A DNA stretch of 56,054 nucleotides, from assembly GCA_027339965.1 (NCBI GenBank), contig DAHWNL010000044.1, forward strand, positions 1 through 56,054. The letters run 5' to 3'. How positions within the stretch are numbered: position 1 is the stretch's first letter; each line of letters opens with the position of its first letter. The translations under genes and the position numbers were made by a program. The notes below the pieces were generated by a model. It did no database searches, was not told where the DNA came from, and saw only the letters and a program-made list of their open reading frames with translations. This stretch comes from Granulicella sp. (GTDB lineage: Bacteria > Acidobacteriota > Terriglobia > Terriglobales > Acidobacteriaceae). Below, piece after piece: positions 16,853 to 26,651 of this stretch.

Positions 16853-19732
16853 TTAGAAGAAGAAGTTCGTCTGCAGCGTGATCCGCCGCAGAGCGCTCGC
16901 CGTGGTATACGCGCCGCCGTCAATCTGGATCGACTTCCCAAAATCCGAGGAGGAGAGCACACCGACCGGCGGGGCCAGATCTTCATTGTCGAACAGATCC
17001 TGCACTTGCAGGCCAAAGGCTATGTTGTAACGCCGCCCGGAGGGAGCGGCCATGCCCGGTCCGCCGCCAAGATGATGACCATGATGGCCGTGGTCGCCAA
17101 ATGGACCTTCCCCGTTGTCAACACTTCCGGGCTGCAACCTTGGACCAAAGCCAAAGGTCTTGGTCAGGCGGACATTAAACGTGAACTCCGAGGGTCCTGA
17201 GCAAGGATTGATGGGAGCCAACGGTGCGCCGGGAACAACTCCCTCCTGCGCGAATGTACCGCAGCCAGGAATCGACTTGATGGTGGTCCCGTTGGGCGCA
17301 ACTCCGGTCACCAGGTCCGGACGATAGTTGAAGAAGGTATCGTTGAGATTGTCGAAGCCAGTGGTGATGTTGTACGGCTGACCGGTTTGAAAGATCATGA
17401 ACGGACTGAACTCGAAGGCTAGAGGGAGTTCGATCGAGCCGGCCATGAAAAGACGGTCGCGTACATCGAAGGTGGTTCGCCCATAGTCAGCATGGATATC
17501 GCCGGGTACGGAGATGTCTTGTCCTCCTCCAGAGGTATCGCCCTTGGCGAAGTTCACCGCATCGTACCCAAACATCGTGATGCCCATGGGCATCTGCAAG
17601 TGGCCATGGAAGATCAACTCATTCTGGTGGAATGCCCCTTCGGTGAAAAACTGATAGTTGGCCGTGCTCAGGCTGGGGTCCGCAAAGTTGTACCCTATAT
17701 TCTGAGTCGCAAGCTGATGCAGTCCCAGCGCGTGCAGGTAGTTGATCGAAACGGTGCCATAGCGCCCCACCTGCTGGTCCACCCCCGCGCTCGCCTCCAC
17801 AATGTAGGACGAGCGTAGATTCGGAGCTGCGGAGTAGACGGTCTGCGCTGTCGTGGTAGCGCCGCAAGCCGCAATAAAATCGGTCGCGGAGGGATTGCAC
17901 GCGGTGGAAGGGCTATTCTCCGTGTACACCGTTTCGTTCTTGCCGTTCTCCTGCTCCAGAATCAGGATGCTGGGCTGTTTGAACCGGGTGTAGAAGTAAC
18001 CGAATCCGACCCTTACGACAGTCTTCGGAGCGCCATGCTTGGCAAACAGGCCATAGTCCGCCTCCAGTCGCGGCGCAATGTCATGGTGATCGGAGAGGTG
18101 GTTCTGCGTCTCGTAACGGAATCCATAAGTAACGGTCAGATTCTTTTGCGGAGTCCACTGATTTTCCAGGAACATTCCCAGATCGGCATACCAGTCCCCG
18201 ATCTTGTGATTGTTGATGGTGGTAAAGGTAAACAGACTGGGCTGTCCCGCAAGATAGTCGGCAAAGTCCGCATAGGTAAACGATCCGTTGGTGTTGTTCT
18301 CCGTATTCTCCGCCTCGCGCTCAGCTCGCAAACGCCCGCCGAAACGGATAAAGTTGTGCCCGCGCTGATAGGAGTTATAGCTCTGAAACTCAAAGTAGTC
18401 CTGGTGGTCGCTCAGGCTTTGCGCGCCGTAGCCTCCGGAGGTGAACAGGCCCTCTACGTTGATCGTAGGAAGCGTGCTGACGGGCGTCGTCGAGATGTGC
18501 TGACGCTGATACTCGAACCGCGTCTGGCTGACGACATGAGGATTCCACACTTCGGTATCGCTCAACTGCAGAACGTTGAACAAGGTGTTGGTGTTATAGC
18601 CGGTTTGCGGCAGGTCAAGGCTGCCGATGCCGTCGTTGCTGGCCGTGTTCCTTATGTATTGGTAACGCGCCGTCAAGACATTATTGTTGCCCAGGGAAAA
18701 ATCCACCCTTGGGTTAATGTCCATGCGCGTCTGGGGAAAGTAAGTTGAGATCTGATACCCGGTCTGGACGCAGGTTGTATCCCCCGGCTGACAGAGCGTG
18801 GTTGAACCCGGCGCGGGAGCGGCAATCTGCGCGTTGGTATACTCATCCTGCTGAATCTGCCGGTAGGTTGCACCAAAGTTGTAGGATGACTTTTGGGTGA
18901 TCGGGCCGGTGAGATTTCCAAACGAAAAGATCGTGTGATAGGGCGGCTGGTATCCCGGCTCCAATGGGTCCAGCGTGTCAAACTGAGAGGCTTGCCCGTC
19001 CACCTGGACGTTGCCGTGGAGCTGTTGCGTTCCCGGTTTGGTGAGGATCTCGATGCGTCCGTACCCCAGCTGGTCATACTCTACCGAGTAGGGGTCGCGA
19101 TTCACGAAGATCTCCAGAATCGACGATTTGGGCGGCAACTGCCCACCGGTGAATCCATCCACATAGATCTGGCCGCCGTTGGGCCCGGCCGAAGGCCCGG
19201 CCAGCGCCATCAACTCGCTCTGCAACTCATTGGGATCGTCAGATAGAGAGTTTAGCGCATTGCCTGTGATCGCGAGGGCGCTCTGATTCGACTCCGGACT
19301 AACGCTCAATTGCATCCCGTTATCGGCATGCACGTTCACCACCTGCGACTGCACCCCAACTTGCAGCTTGGCGTTGAGCGTCGTGCTTCCAGCCGAGACA
19401 TTGACGGCAGCGACCGAGTAAGGAGCAAAGCCCGGCATCGAAACCTGAACCGCATAGGTTCCCGGCCTGACTGCCATTTGATAGGTTCCATCGGAACCGG
19501 ACCTCACCGATATCGCCGGTCCGTGTGCCGGCTGGAGAGTGACAGTCGCCCCCGGGATCAGAGCTCCGTCAGGATCGGTCACCACGCCATGGACCTTGGC
19601 CCCAGCCGAGGCGGATGGCTTCTGTACCATGGTTTGGGAGTGGGCCTGGGCCGGCGTCAGCCCCACTCGCCAGCAGAAAGCCAATCCCAACGAACACGTC
19701 AACACGAAAGCCGAGATCCTCTCAAACTTCAT
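16853..19732 (-). CDS. Carboxypeptidase-domain TonB-dependent receptor-like outer-membrane protein
   Basis: Signal peptide, GVVTDPDGALIPGATVT, LSDDPNEL..LAGPSAGPNGGQIYVDGF plug region; C-terminal TNFFF. Confidence 0.85.
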   Translation of the reverse strand: MKFERISAFVLTCSLGLAFCWRVGLTPAQAHSQTMVQKPSASAGAKVHGVVTDPDGALIPGATVTLQPAHGPAISVRSGSDGTYQMAVRPGTYAVQVSMPGFAPYSVAAVNVSAGSTTLNAKLQVGVQSQVVNVHADNGMQLSVSPESNQSALAITGNALNSLSDDPNELQSELMALAGPSAGPNGGQIYVDGFTGGQLPPKSSILEIFVNRDPYSVEYDQLGYGRIEILTKPGTQQLHGNVQVDGQASQFDTLDPLEPGYQPPYHTIFSFGNLTGPITQKSSYNFGATYRQIQQDEYTNAQIAAPAPGSTTLCQPGDTTCVQTGYQISTYFPQTRMDINPRVDFSLGNNNVLTARYQYIRNTASNDGIGSLDLPQTGYNTNTLFNVLQLSDTEVWNPHVVSQTRFEYQRQHISTTPVSTLPTINVEGLFTSGGYGAQSLSDHQDYFEFQSYNSYQRGHNFIRFGGRLRAEREAENTENNTNGSFTYADFADYLAGQPSLFTFTTINNHKIGDWYADLGMFLENQWTPQKNLTVTYGFRYETQNHLSDHHDIAPRLEADYGLFAKHGAPKTVVRVGFGYFYTRFKQPSILILEQENGKNETVYTENSPSTACNPSATDFIAACGATTTAQTVYSAAPNLRSSYIVEASAGVDQQVGRYGTVSINYLHALGLHQLATQNIGYNFADPSLSTANYQFFTEGAFHQNELIFHGHLQMPMGITMFGYDAVNFAKGDTSGGGQDISVPGDIHADYGRTTFDVRDRLFMAGSIELPLAFEFSPFMIFQTGQPYNITTGFDNLNDTFFNYRPDLVTGVAPNGTTIKSIPGCGTFAQEGVVPGAPLAPINPCSGPSEFTFNVRLTKTFGFGPRLQPGSVDNGEGPFGDHGHHGHHLGGGPGMAAPSGRRYNIAFGLQVQDLFDNEDLAPPVGVLSSSDFGKSIQIDGGAYTTASALRRITLQTNFFF

Positions 19733-19942
19733 CCTTCTCCGTCATCCTTTCCTACGTACTCTCATCGAAAGATCTAAACCGATCGGGGATCAAAACCCCT
19801 CGGGCGCATCAGAGACCCTCTTCGCCAACCACGCGACCCATGCAACCCGCGAGGTTGCCCATCCCCCAGAGTGATGTTCTTTGCTCTGCCGTTAGCTCCA
19901 AGAACAATCGGGGCGGTTGGTTCCATCCAATTAGGTACCCCG

Positions 19943-21166
19943 TTATTGCTGCGACCCCTCTTCGCCGCCACCTTCGTCCTCAGGGCTGCCGCCCAGGCTC
20001 CAGGGCGAGAGCGTCATTGCTTGGCCCTTCGGAGAGGCTCTGAGAATCGGCTCTACACCCGTCAGAAGGGTCACGGCCTGCGCCGCCGGCTGACCTGGCC
20101 CCGGCATAGTGGCCACGATCATCACTGCATCACCCTCCTTGAGCCCGGCGAGCGTCTCCGTTGGCAGACGCGAGAGCATACGGGACAGGCTCATCCTGGC
20201 GCTGGCCTGATCTCCAGGCCCATTGGGAGGGGGAGACCCTCCGCGCCACTGTGCTCCCTGGGCTCCTTGGGCTCCCTGGGCCGGACGCCCACCTCCGTGG
20301 CCTGCGCCGCGCATCTGCGCGGCGAGTTGCATAGCCACCATCGTGGGAAGGCTACGCAGGTCGCTGGCTGGGGTCACCGCAACCGTAACCATCTTCTTGG
20401 TGGCCAGATCCTTAAGCGAAATCGTCCCCGCCTGTTGATCGACCGACGCGATCAATCCCGAGTAGTTTCCGAACCTTCCCGTCACCAGCGCATCGGCCGT
20501 AATCGTGCTTCCGTCAGCCGACTTTGCACCCCTCACCAGGAGCTGATCGCCCTTTTGAATCTCTCCGATGGTGCTGGGCCGTGCGTCGCCAAACCGCACC
20601 GAACCGGGCGCGTAGCGGCGGATCACCGTCTTCGGCAAGACCAGCACCGTCACCGCCTTCATCCCGCTGGTAATCATGATCTTTCCCGCAGCCGCATCCA
20701 CTGACTTTACGATGCCACCTCCGCCTCTCCGCCACGCCTCTGCCTCCGCCTGCTGCATTGCAGCGATGGCCTGCGCCTTCATCAGGATCACGCGCAGCGC
20801 TGTGATTCCCTGGGTCCCCGCTGTGCCCGAGACCAGCGTGCGATCCCCCGCCGCGACATCCCCCAGCGACCCCTGGGTGGCCGAGCTAAGGTCTTTGCTG
20901 CCCGGCGCCACCACCAGAACCTTGGCCGAGGCCGGCACTGCAACGCTCACCTCCTGCCCAGACGTCGTGGTGAGCGTGAACCCGGACGCGCTCGTCGCTT
21001 CCACCGTTCCCACCATTTGCTGAACCGCCGGCGCTGCGCCCTGCGCCGCAGCCTGACGCGCACCAGCCAACCCGAAGCCGAGCCACACGATCAGGGGCAA
21101 GCCAACGGCCCGATCGCATCTCTTCCATTCTCGAATGCACTCTCTGACTACTTTCATCCTTCGCAT
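19943..21166 (-). CDS. Exported protein with repeated OB-like beta domains (DUF5666-like)
   Basis: Signal peptide ending AAAQ; three related units (DVAAGDRTLV, EIQKGDQLLVRG, GLKEGDAVMIV); QGA repeats. Confidence 0.65.
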   Translation of the reverse strand: MRRMKVVRECIREWKRCDRAVGLPLIVWLGFGLAGARQAAAQGAAPAVQQMVGTVEATSASGFTLTTTSGQEVSVAVPASAKVLVVAPGSKDLSSATQGSLGDVAAGDRTLVSGTAGTQGITALRVILMKAQAIAAMQQAEAEAWRRGGGGIVKSVDAAAGKIMITSGMKAVTVLVLPKTVIRRYAPGSVRFGDARPSTIGEIQKGDQLLVRGAKSADGSTITADALVTGRFGNYSGLIASVDQQAGTISLKDLATKKMVTVAVTPASDLRSLPTMVAMQLAAQMRGAGHGGGRPAQGAQGAQGAQWRGGSPPPNGPGDQASARMSLSRMLSRLPTETLAGLKEGDAVMIVATMPGPGQPAAQAVTLLTGVEPILRASPKGQAMTLSPWSLGGSPEDEGGGEEGSQQ

Positions 21167-21465
21167 GGTTCTTCTTTCCTTTGTCCCGCTGTGGCGGCTG
21201 CAGATCAGCCATCCCCCTCAACCCCTCGCAACCCATGGCAGAGGAAGACTCGGAGCAGAGGAGCCTGGTCGTTCCTCCAGTGCAGCCGAACAATGACAGA
21301 AGCCCCATCGTCCAGGACTGTAACCTTTGGATGCCTCGAGGAAATCTTGATGCGTTGAGCGGAGCCGCGCTCTCTTGCCTTTGGCGCTTTGTTGGCAGAG
21401 AACGAACCGGGCTACAGGTGCCTTGGCGTAACCATCTGACTTTTCTCTACCTGCACTTTCTTGGA

Positions 21466-21491
21466 GACGGAATAGACTCCATAAAAGTTTC
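21466..21491 (-). promoter_or_regulatory. Candidate ECF-sigma promoter
   Basis: Minus strand GAAAC-N17-CGTC, ~300 bp upstream of the 21166 start. Confidence 0.3.
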
Positions 21492-21684
21492 TTCAGGGAA
21501 GTCTTGATCTCACATGGAGATTCAAGCCTCGCAACCCGCCCGTCCCCGTCCCTCCACCTTTCTTTAAGGAGGTTCTGCGGTAGCTCCCTATTCCAGATCA
21601 TCGGAGCCAAAAGATGCCGGCCGGATCACCCGGTCGGAGACATGCATCTTTATTTGAGCAGAATGCCAAGCTCGGCGCGATTCC

Positions 21685-23694
21685 TCATGGAAGAACCGAA
21701 TCATCTGAAACCGGCAGATCCAGGTGAGATGCGTACTTTGCCGACCCGTAGATGGAGACCGTCTCCGACTGATAGGCCGAGGCCGGCGCGGTCATGATGT
21801 TTTCCACATAGGTCTGCGGATTCCGGTCATAGAGCGGAAACCAGCTCGACTGCACCTCAACCATCATCCGATGCCCCTTCAAAAAGGTATGGTCCACGCC
21901 GTGCAAACTCCACCGATACTCCACGATCTGTCCGGGCTTTACCGGTTCCGGATGGCTAAAACTGTGACGATAGCGGCCGCGCAGAATCTCTTCAGCCACC
22001 ATCAACTCATATCCACCCTTGGCGCCGGGAGCCGCGGACGCCTTGCCCATCTCCGGAGAACTCACTCCAGCCGCGTTGACCGGATAGACATCGATCAGCT
22101 TCACAATCCAGTCCGCATCCGTTCCCGTGGTAGCCGCGTACAGATCAGCCACCACATCGCCCGTCACCGTCACATCATTGCGCAACACCGGCGTCTCAAA
22201 GTTGGCCAGATCCTGGCGTGAGCTCACAAACCGCTGGTCCTCCGCCAGCCAGGTCCTCCACGTGGACCCCTGCCCATAGGTCGACTGAATGGGCCGGTTT
22301 CGATAAGGGACCGGGTGAGCCGGATCAGCCACATACGTTGCGGCCTTCACATCCTCGGCTCCTTTGGGCGCTGTAAAGCTCAGGGTACTCTCCGGCGCCA
22401 GATAAGCACGCGCAGGGTGGTACCCGGCTTGCGGGGGCCAGATGGCATAGCAATGCCACTGATTCTCGCCGGTGCGGAAGCTGGCCGTATCCTGCAGATT
22501 GAAGCCTGCCCGGCCCTTCAGATAAAACTCAAAGAAGGGAGCTTCAAAGTGCGCGCGGTAATAAGCGCCTGTGTCCTGCCCGGCAAATTGAATGGTCCCA
22601 AACCTTCCGCCCAGCTTGTTGCCCGGGCCAAGCGCCCATCCTCCATGGTTCCACGGTCCCAGCACCAGGAAGACGCGATGCAACGGTTGGCCGGGAGCCT
22701 CATGAGCGCGCAGCGCCGCGTACTCGGCTTGGGTTCCCCACATATCCTCCTGATCCCAGTATCCGCCCACTTCCAGCGTGGGGACCTCCGGCCGCAAAAG
22801 GTGCGGCTGCACGGCCATCGCCTGCCAGAAAGGGGTGTAGGTCGGTTGGGAAAGAAACATCTCCGCAGTTGGCAGGCGACTCATCCCCGCCGCCTGAGCG
22901 GCTCCGGCAAAGTTTACGTGATCCAGAAAGAAGCGGTACTGATCTTCATTCGAGCTGACCACGCCATCGGTCTTCTGCGCCTCCATCTCCTGGACATAAT
23001 CAAACCCATAGGACTCCCGAAAGGCCCCGTTGTGGAAGAAATCATCTCCCATCCACACGTCGGTCATAGGCGCCTGCGGACTCACGGCCTTCACCGCCGG
23101 GTTCGCGTCCAGGCCGGCCATCATGGCCAGAAAGCCGGGATAGCTGATTCCCATCACCCCCACCTTGCCATTGTTATTGGGCACATGGCGGAGCAGCCAG
23201 TTGATAGTGTCATTGCTATCGGTGGTCTCATCCACATCGCGTACCGTGTCGTGCGCTACGATCGGCCGGTTCATGACGAACTGTCCTCCCGACGCGTAGC
23301 GGCCTCGAATATCCTGGAAAACAAAGATGTAGCCGCTGCCCGCCAACTCCGGCTTCATCATCTCCAACATTGTGCTGCTCATACCCTTCACTCCGTAAGG
23401 CGTGCGCTCCATCAAAAACGGCAGTGGCGGCCCGCTCCCTTCGCTACCCAGAGGGCGCAACACCACGGTATGCAGCATTACGCCGTCGCGCATCGGAATC
23501 ATCACCTCGGAGCGCACGTACATCGGCCCGTGATACGAATTTGTGGCCGGGGCGTTCTGCGCCCGCGCCGCTAACGCAGGCAACTCCCGCACCCTCGTCG
23601 TGGAGGCTGCCGGCCATCCCCAAGCCGCAGAGGCTGCGGCGACTATGGCCGCCAGACCCATGCCATGACACAGCCGAAACCATCCCGAGCGCAT
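21685..23694 (-). CDS. CocE/NonD-family hydrolase (alpha-amino-acid ester hydrolase / glutaryl-7-ACA acylase-like)
   Basis: IPMRDGV, RTPY, QDIRGRYASGG, GISYPG nucleophile, WDQED, GPWNHG, QSSWFPLYDRNPQ. Confidence 0.93.
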   Translation of the reverse strand: MRSGWFRLCHGMGLAAIVAAASAAWGWPAASTTRVRELPALAARAQNAPATNSYHGPMYVRSEVMIPMRDGVMLHTVVLRPLGSEGSGPPLPFLMERTPYGVKGMSSTMLEMMKPELAGSGYIFVFQDIRGRYASGGQFVMNRPIVAHDTVRDVDETTDSNDTINWLLRHVPNNNGKVGVMGISYPGFLAMMAGLDANPAVKAVSPQAPMTDVWMGDDFFHNGAFRESYGFDYVQEMEAQKTDGVVSSNEDQYRFFLDHVNFAGAAQAAGMSRLPTAEMFLSQPTYTPFWQAMAVQPHLLRPEVPTLEVGGYWDQEDMWGTQAEYAALRAHEAPGQPLHRVFLVLGPWNHGGWALGPGNKLGGRFGTIQFAGQDTGAYYRAHFEAPFFEFYLKGRAGFNLQDTASFRTGENQWHCYAIWPPQAGYHPARAYLAPESTLSFTAPKGAEDVKAATYVADPAHPVPYRNRPIQSTYGQGSTWRTWLAEDQRFVSSRQDLANFETPVLRNDVTVTGDVVADLYAATTGTDADWIVKLIDVYPVNAAGVSSPEMGKASAAPGAKGGYELMVAEEILRGRYRHSFSHPEPVKPGQIVEYRWSLHGVDHTFLKGHRMMVEVQSSWFPLYDRNPQTYVENIMTAPASAYQSETVSIYGSAKYASHLDLPVSDDSVLP

Positions 23695-23859
23695 TCCATC
23701 TCCTCTTCCAGCAAACTGTAAAGCGCAGGTTCCAACACCCGTCTCTTATAGCATTTTCAGTGTTGCCGGGTATACCGGAGAGGGCGTGCAGTGGCGTTTT
23801 CATTGGGGAGAACGCCCATGGAGATCGAAGCGTCGCGTTACACCTGCGCTGAAAAGGCT

Positions 23860-26112
23860 TTAGCGGGCAGTCGCTCTCAGAGCCAGTGGCGCAAAGATAC
23901 CGCCCTGCACGGGACGGGCTCGAAACGCTATGCTGTTTCCCGTCACGCTGCTGTACCAGTCGCTGAAAGGCAGCCGCTGAGGCGTGGTATTGGCGTAAGC
24001 GTAGACACGTTCCATCAGTTGTTGCTTAATGGGCTCATCGGCCAACCACGCGGCGACGAACATCTCCCAGTCGGTCTTGGCGTAGCTATGCGGCGCCTGC
24101 AAGGGCAGGCCAAAGGCATTGCTCACCTTGGCGTACCAGGCCGCCTGCATCTTGCGGATCGACTCAGGAATCAGCCCGGTGGCCAGCATCCGATCCGCGA
24201 ATCCGTTGTAAAGCGTGCCCCAGGTACCATCGCCCCCGCCCGCGCCGTTGTAGGTCAAGTCCAGATGCTCTCCGGATGGATCGGTTGCATGTTGAGTCCA
24301 GAACTTCATGTACTCTTCGGCCAGACTCCGGTAGTGGGCGGCCTGCTCCGGCTGGTGAGCGGAGGTTGCGATCTGTCCCATGGCCGCCACCGCGACAATA
24401 CCCTTGATCGCCAGGTTGACGCTGTGAGCAATCGATCCCGCAAAGTCGTCCGTCTGATTCTGAAAGCCGGGATCGGGCAGGTTGCGGGTCAGATAATCAG
24501 CCCACTGCTTCAGAATCCGGTAATGTTCCTTGGCGAAAGCCTTGGCGTCTTCCGCCATCGCACCGCGCAACAACGCTGCCATCAGAATCAGCATGTCACC
24601 CGATTCTTCCACCGGCATGTCTTCCTCTTTGCCGTCGTTGTGCCCAGTCGCATTGGGATAAGCAGCGCCAAGATCGTGCTCAGCGAAGACTCCAGGCCAA
24701 CCACCCTTCTCCGCATAGGCCAGCAGCGGCGTCAACAGCAGCTTTAGATATCCAGGATCCAGATAGATCCAGACCGGAGCGGCGGGGTATAAGACATCCA
24801 CCGTCGAGACGTTGCCGTCGCTCGAAATCTCCTTGAGAAAGGCCCACGGCTCGCCATCCGGCCCTTGCACCAGTTCTGTGCCGCCATAGGCCTGGCGCAG
24901 CGCCAGGACACACAGACCCTCGTAGGACGTGCCGCCAACCTCACGCGCGTCGGCGATCACTCTTGCATCCAGACGGGCGGCACGTTCGAAGGCGGCTTCG
25001 GCATCCTGATGAAAGAACGCCAGCATCTCCTCCCAGCCTTTAAAGTAGCTTTTCCACAACGGCGACAGATGCTTGCCGAGATAGTTGATCGCGGGCTGCC
25101 GGATGTGGCCGATGCTGAATGTGGTGCGCTGAGCCGTAGCCCCGACGTGGCCCAGGTCTACGCTGAAGCCAAAAACAGGCGGATGCTCGCCGATCGTAGA
25201 AGGGCCGCTATCGCCGCTGGCGGTCAAGCGGCCATGCCGCGCAAACTGGCCGCGCACCACCGGGCCGTCGCCGAACTGTACGCTGAGACCGTGATGCCGG
25301 TTCGTCGCCCAGAGAATACTGCCCCATGCGGCAAACTCTTTCTGTTCGGTGAGCGGCTGCGCCTGCTCCAGTTGCAGCGCCCAGGCCCGCACACCTTTCG
25401 CGTGCTTCAGCCGCGAGGTAATCTTCCGGCCGCGATCGCAGCTCACCCAATCGCCGCCGATGTCCATATAAAGCTCCACCTTGTGGCGCGAGCTGTCCAT
25501 GCCGCGCACCGTCACGTGGATGTAGCTCAGGGGTATGGATTGGCGCTTGAGATCTCCCGGCTCAATGGGCGAGAGAAACTCAACCACCAGAGCAACACCC
25601 GCGGCCTGCAGTTCGAACCGCGAACACGTCGGGGTCACCTTGAGCGCTGTCTGATCCAGCGCGCGGGGAAAGTCGTGGACAGTACGCGCTGTGCCATGAT
25701 TGCCATTGGGCGCAGGCAGGGCCAGCTTTGGATCCCCCATGAACAGATAGGCGGTTCCGTCAATGCGCACAATGCCGGCCATCTGCATCGTGCTGCCTTG
25801 CCAGAACTGGGGCCAGGTGCCCGGAAGCAGTGTGGCGGGCAACCATGCGCTCAGATAGGGCTGGCGCACCGCCAAGGGCACGGCCGGCGGACGGATGGGC
25901 GTGGCGGCAAGCGTCGTGGGGATTGGTTCTGCCTGGGCGGTTGCGTTCGAGGCTCCGCCCAGTCCCGAGGATTGGGCGATGACCGCATCCTCGGTAAACA
26001 GTGCGGATAGGCCGGCAGCTCCGGACCAGCGCAGAAGATCCCGCCGCGAGATTGCAGCCGTATTGGCGGCGCCCCCGGCTTGGCCGGAATCAGCTATGTT
26101 CTGCTTGATCAT
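23860..26112 (-). CDS. Tat-exported glutaminase GtaA-like protein (DUF5127/DUF4965/DUF1793)
   Basis: SRRDLL twin-arginine motif; PPAVPLAVRQPYLS, FLKEISSDGNVSTVDV, HDLG, MPVEESG, TDDFAG, KTDWE, ARPVQGG. Confidence 0.85.
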   Translation of the reverse strand: MIKQNIADSGQAGGAANTAAISRRDLLRWSGAAGLSALFTEDAVIAQSSGLGGASNATAQAEPIPTTLAATPIRPPAVPLAVRQPYLSAWLPATLLPGTWPQFWQGSTMQMAGIVRIDGTAYLFMGDPKLALPAPNGNHGTARTVHDFPRALDQTALKVTPTCSRFELQAAGVALVVEFLSPIEPGDLKRQSIPLSYIHVTVRGMDSSRHKVELYMDIGGDWVSCDRGRKITSRLKHAKGVRAWALQLEQAQPLTEQKEFAAWGSILWATNRHHGLSVQFGDGPVVRGQFARHGRLTASGDSGPSTIGEHPPVFGFSVDLGHVGATAQRTTFSIGHIRQPAINYLGKHLSPLWKSYFKGWEEMLAFFHQDAEAAFERAARLDARVIADAREVGGTSYEGLCVLALRQAYGGTELVQGPDGEPWAFLKEISSDGNVSTVDVLYPAAPVWIYLDPGYLKLLLTPLLAYAEKGGWPGVFAEHDLGAAYPNATGHNDGKEEDMPVEESGDMLILMAALLRGAMAEDAKAFAKEHYRILKQWADYLTRNLPDPGFQNQTDDFAGSIAHSVNLAIKGIVAVAAMGQIATSAHQPEQAAHYRSLAEEYMKFWTQHATDPSGEHLDLTYNGAGGGDGTWGTLYNGFADRMLATGLIPESIRKMQAAWYAKVSNAFGLPLQAPHSYAKTDWEMFVAAWLADEPIKQQLMERVYAYANTTPQRLPFSDWYSSVTGNSIAFRARPVQGGIFAPLALRATAR

Positions 26113-26651
26113 GGCATCTTCCCTGGATGGGAGTTCACGGGCGCCGATCGGCTTTGCGACGATCGCTTCCTTCGCCGACCAACCGCGAGATGTCAGAGTA
26201 GCATAACGAACCGGCAGGAATCACTTAGGGAGAGACGCCGCAGGGAAACATTCTGGCCCGCGAGCCGCCGATAGCTCCAGCTCGCGCGCCGGCCTTCACA
26301 GAGCCTTCACAGAGAGTTGAAGCCGGCGACTTCCGGCGTTGGTTTTGCTACCCCCCAAATAGCCGGAAGGACACCATTGCAACGTAGATCCTGGCAATCT
26401 GGACCGAGGCAGGACGAAACGCCCGCCGTGAAGGATCTTCGGTCGCTAACGGATGGGACACCTTGGGCGATTCCACCCCAGCACCAACAGCCCCGGCCTC
26501 TGGAAGTTGCGGCCGCACAGCGACTCTGCTTGCCTTTAAGCTCGCGTTCAATCTCACCTTCGACCGAGAAGATCAAGGCGATCTGAGACATTGACAAATC
26601 CAGGACAAATTGCGGTCTGAGTTCTTGCTTCGAGGTGCAATAATTCTTGTT

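Noticed and set aside
26591..26650. Promoter for the nucleotide-sugar dehydrogenase
   Set aside because: TTGACA has no properly spaced -10, and the GG..GC candidate has 11-nt rather than 10-nt spacing.
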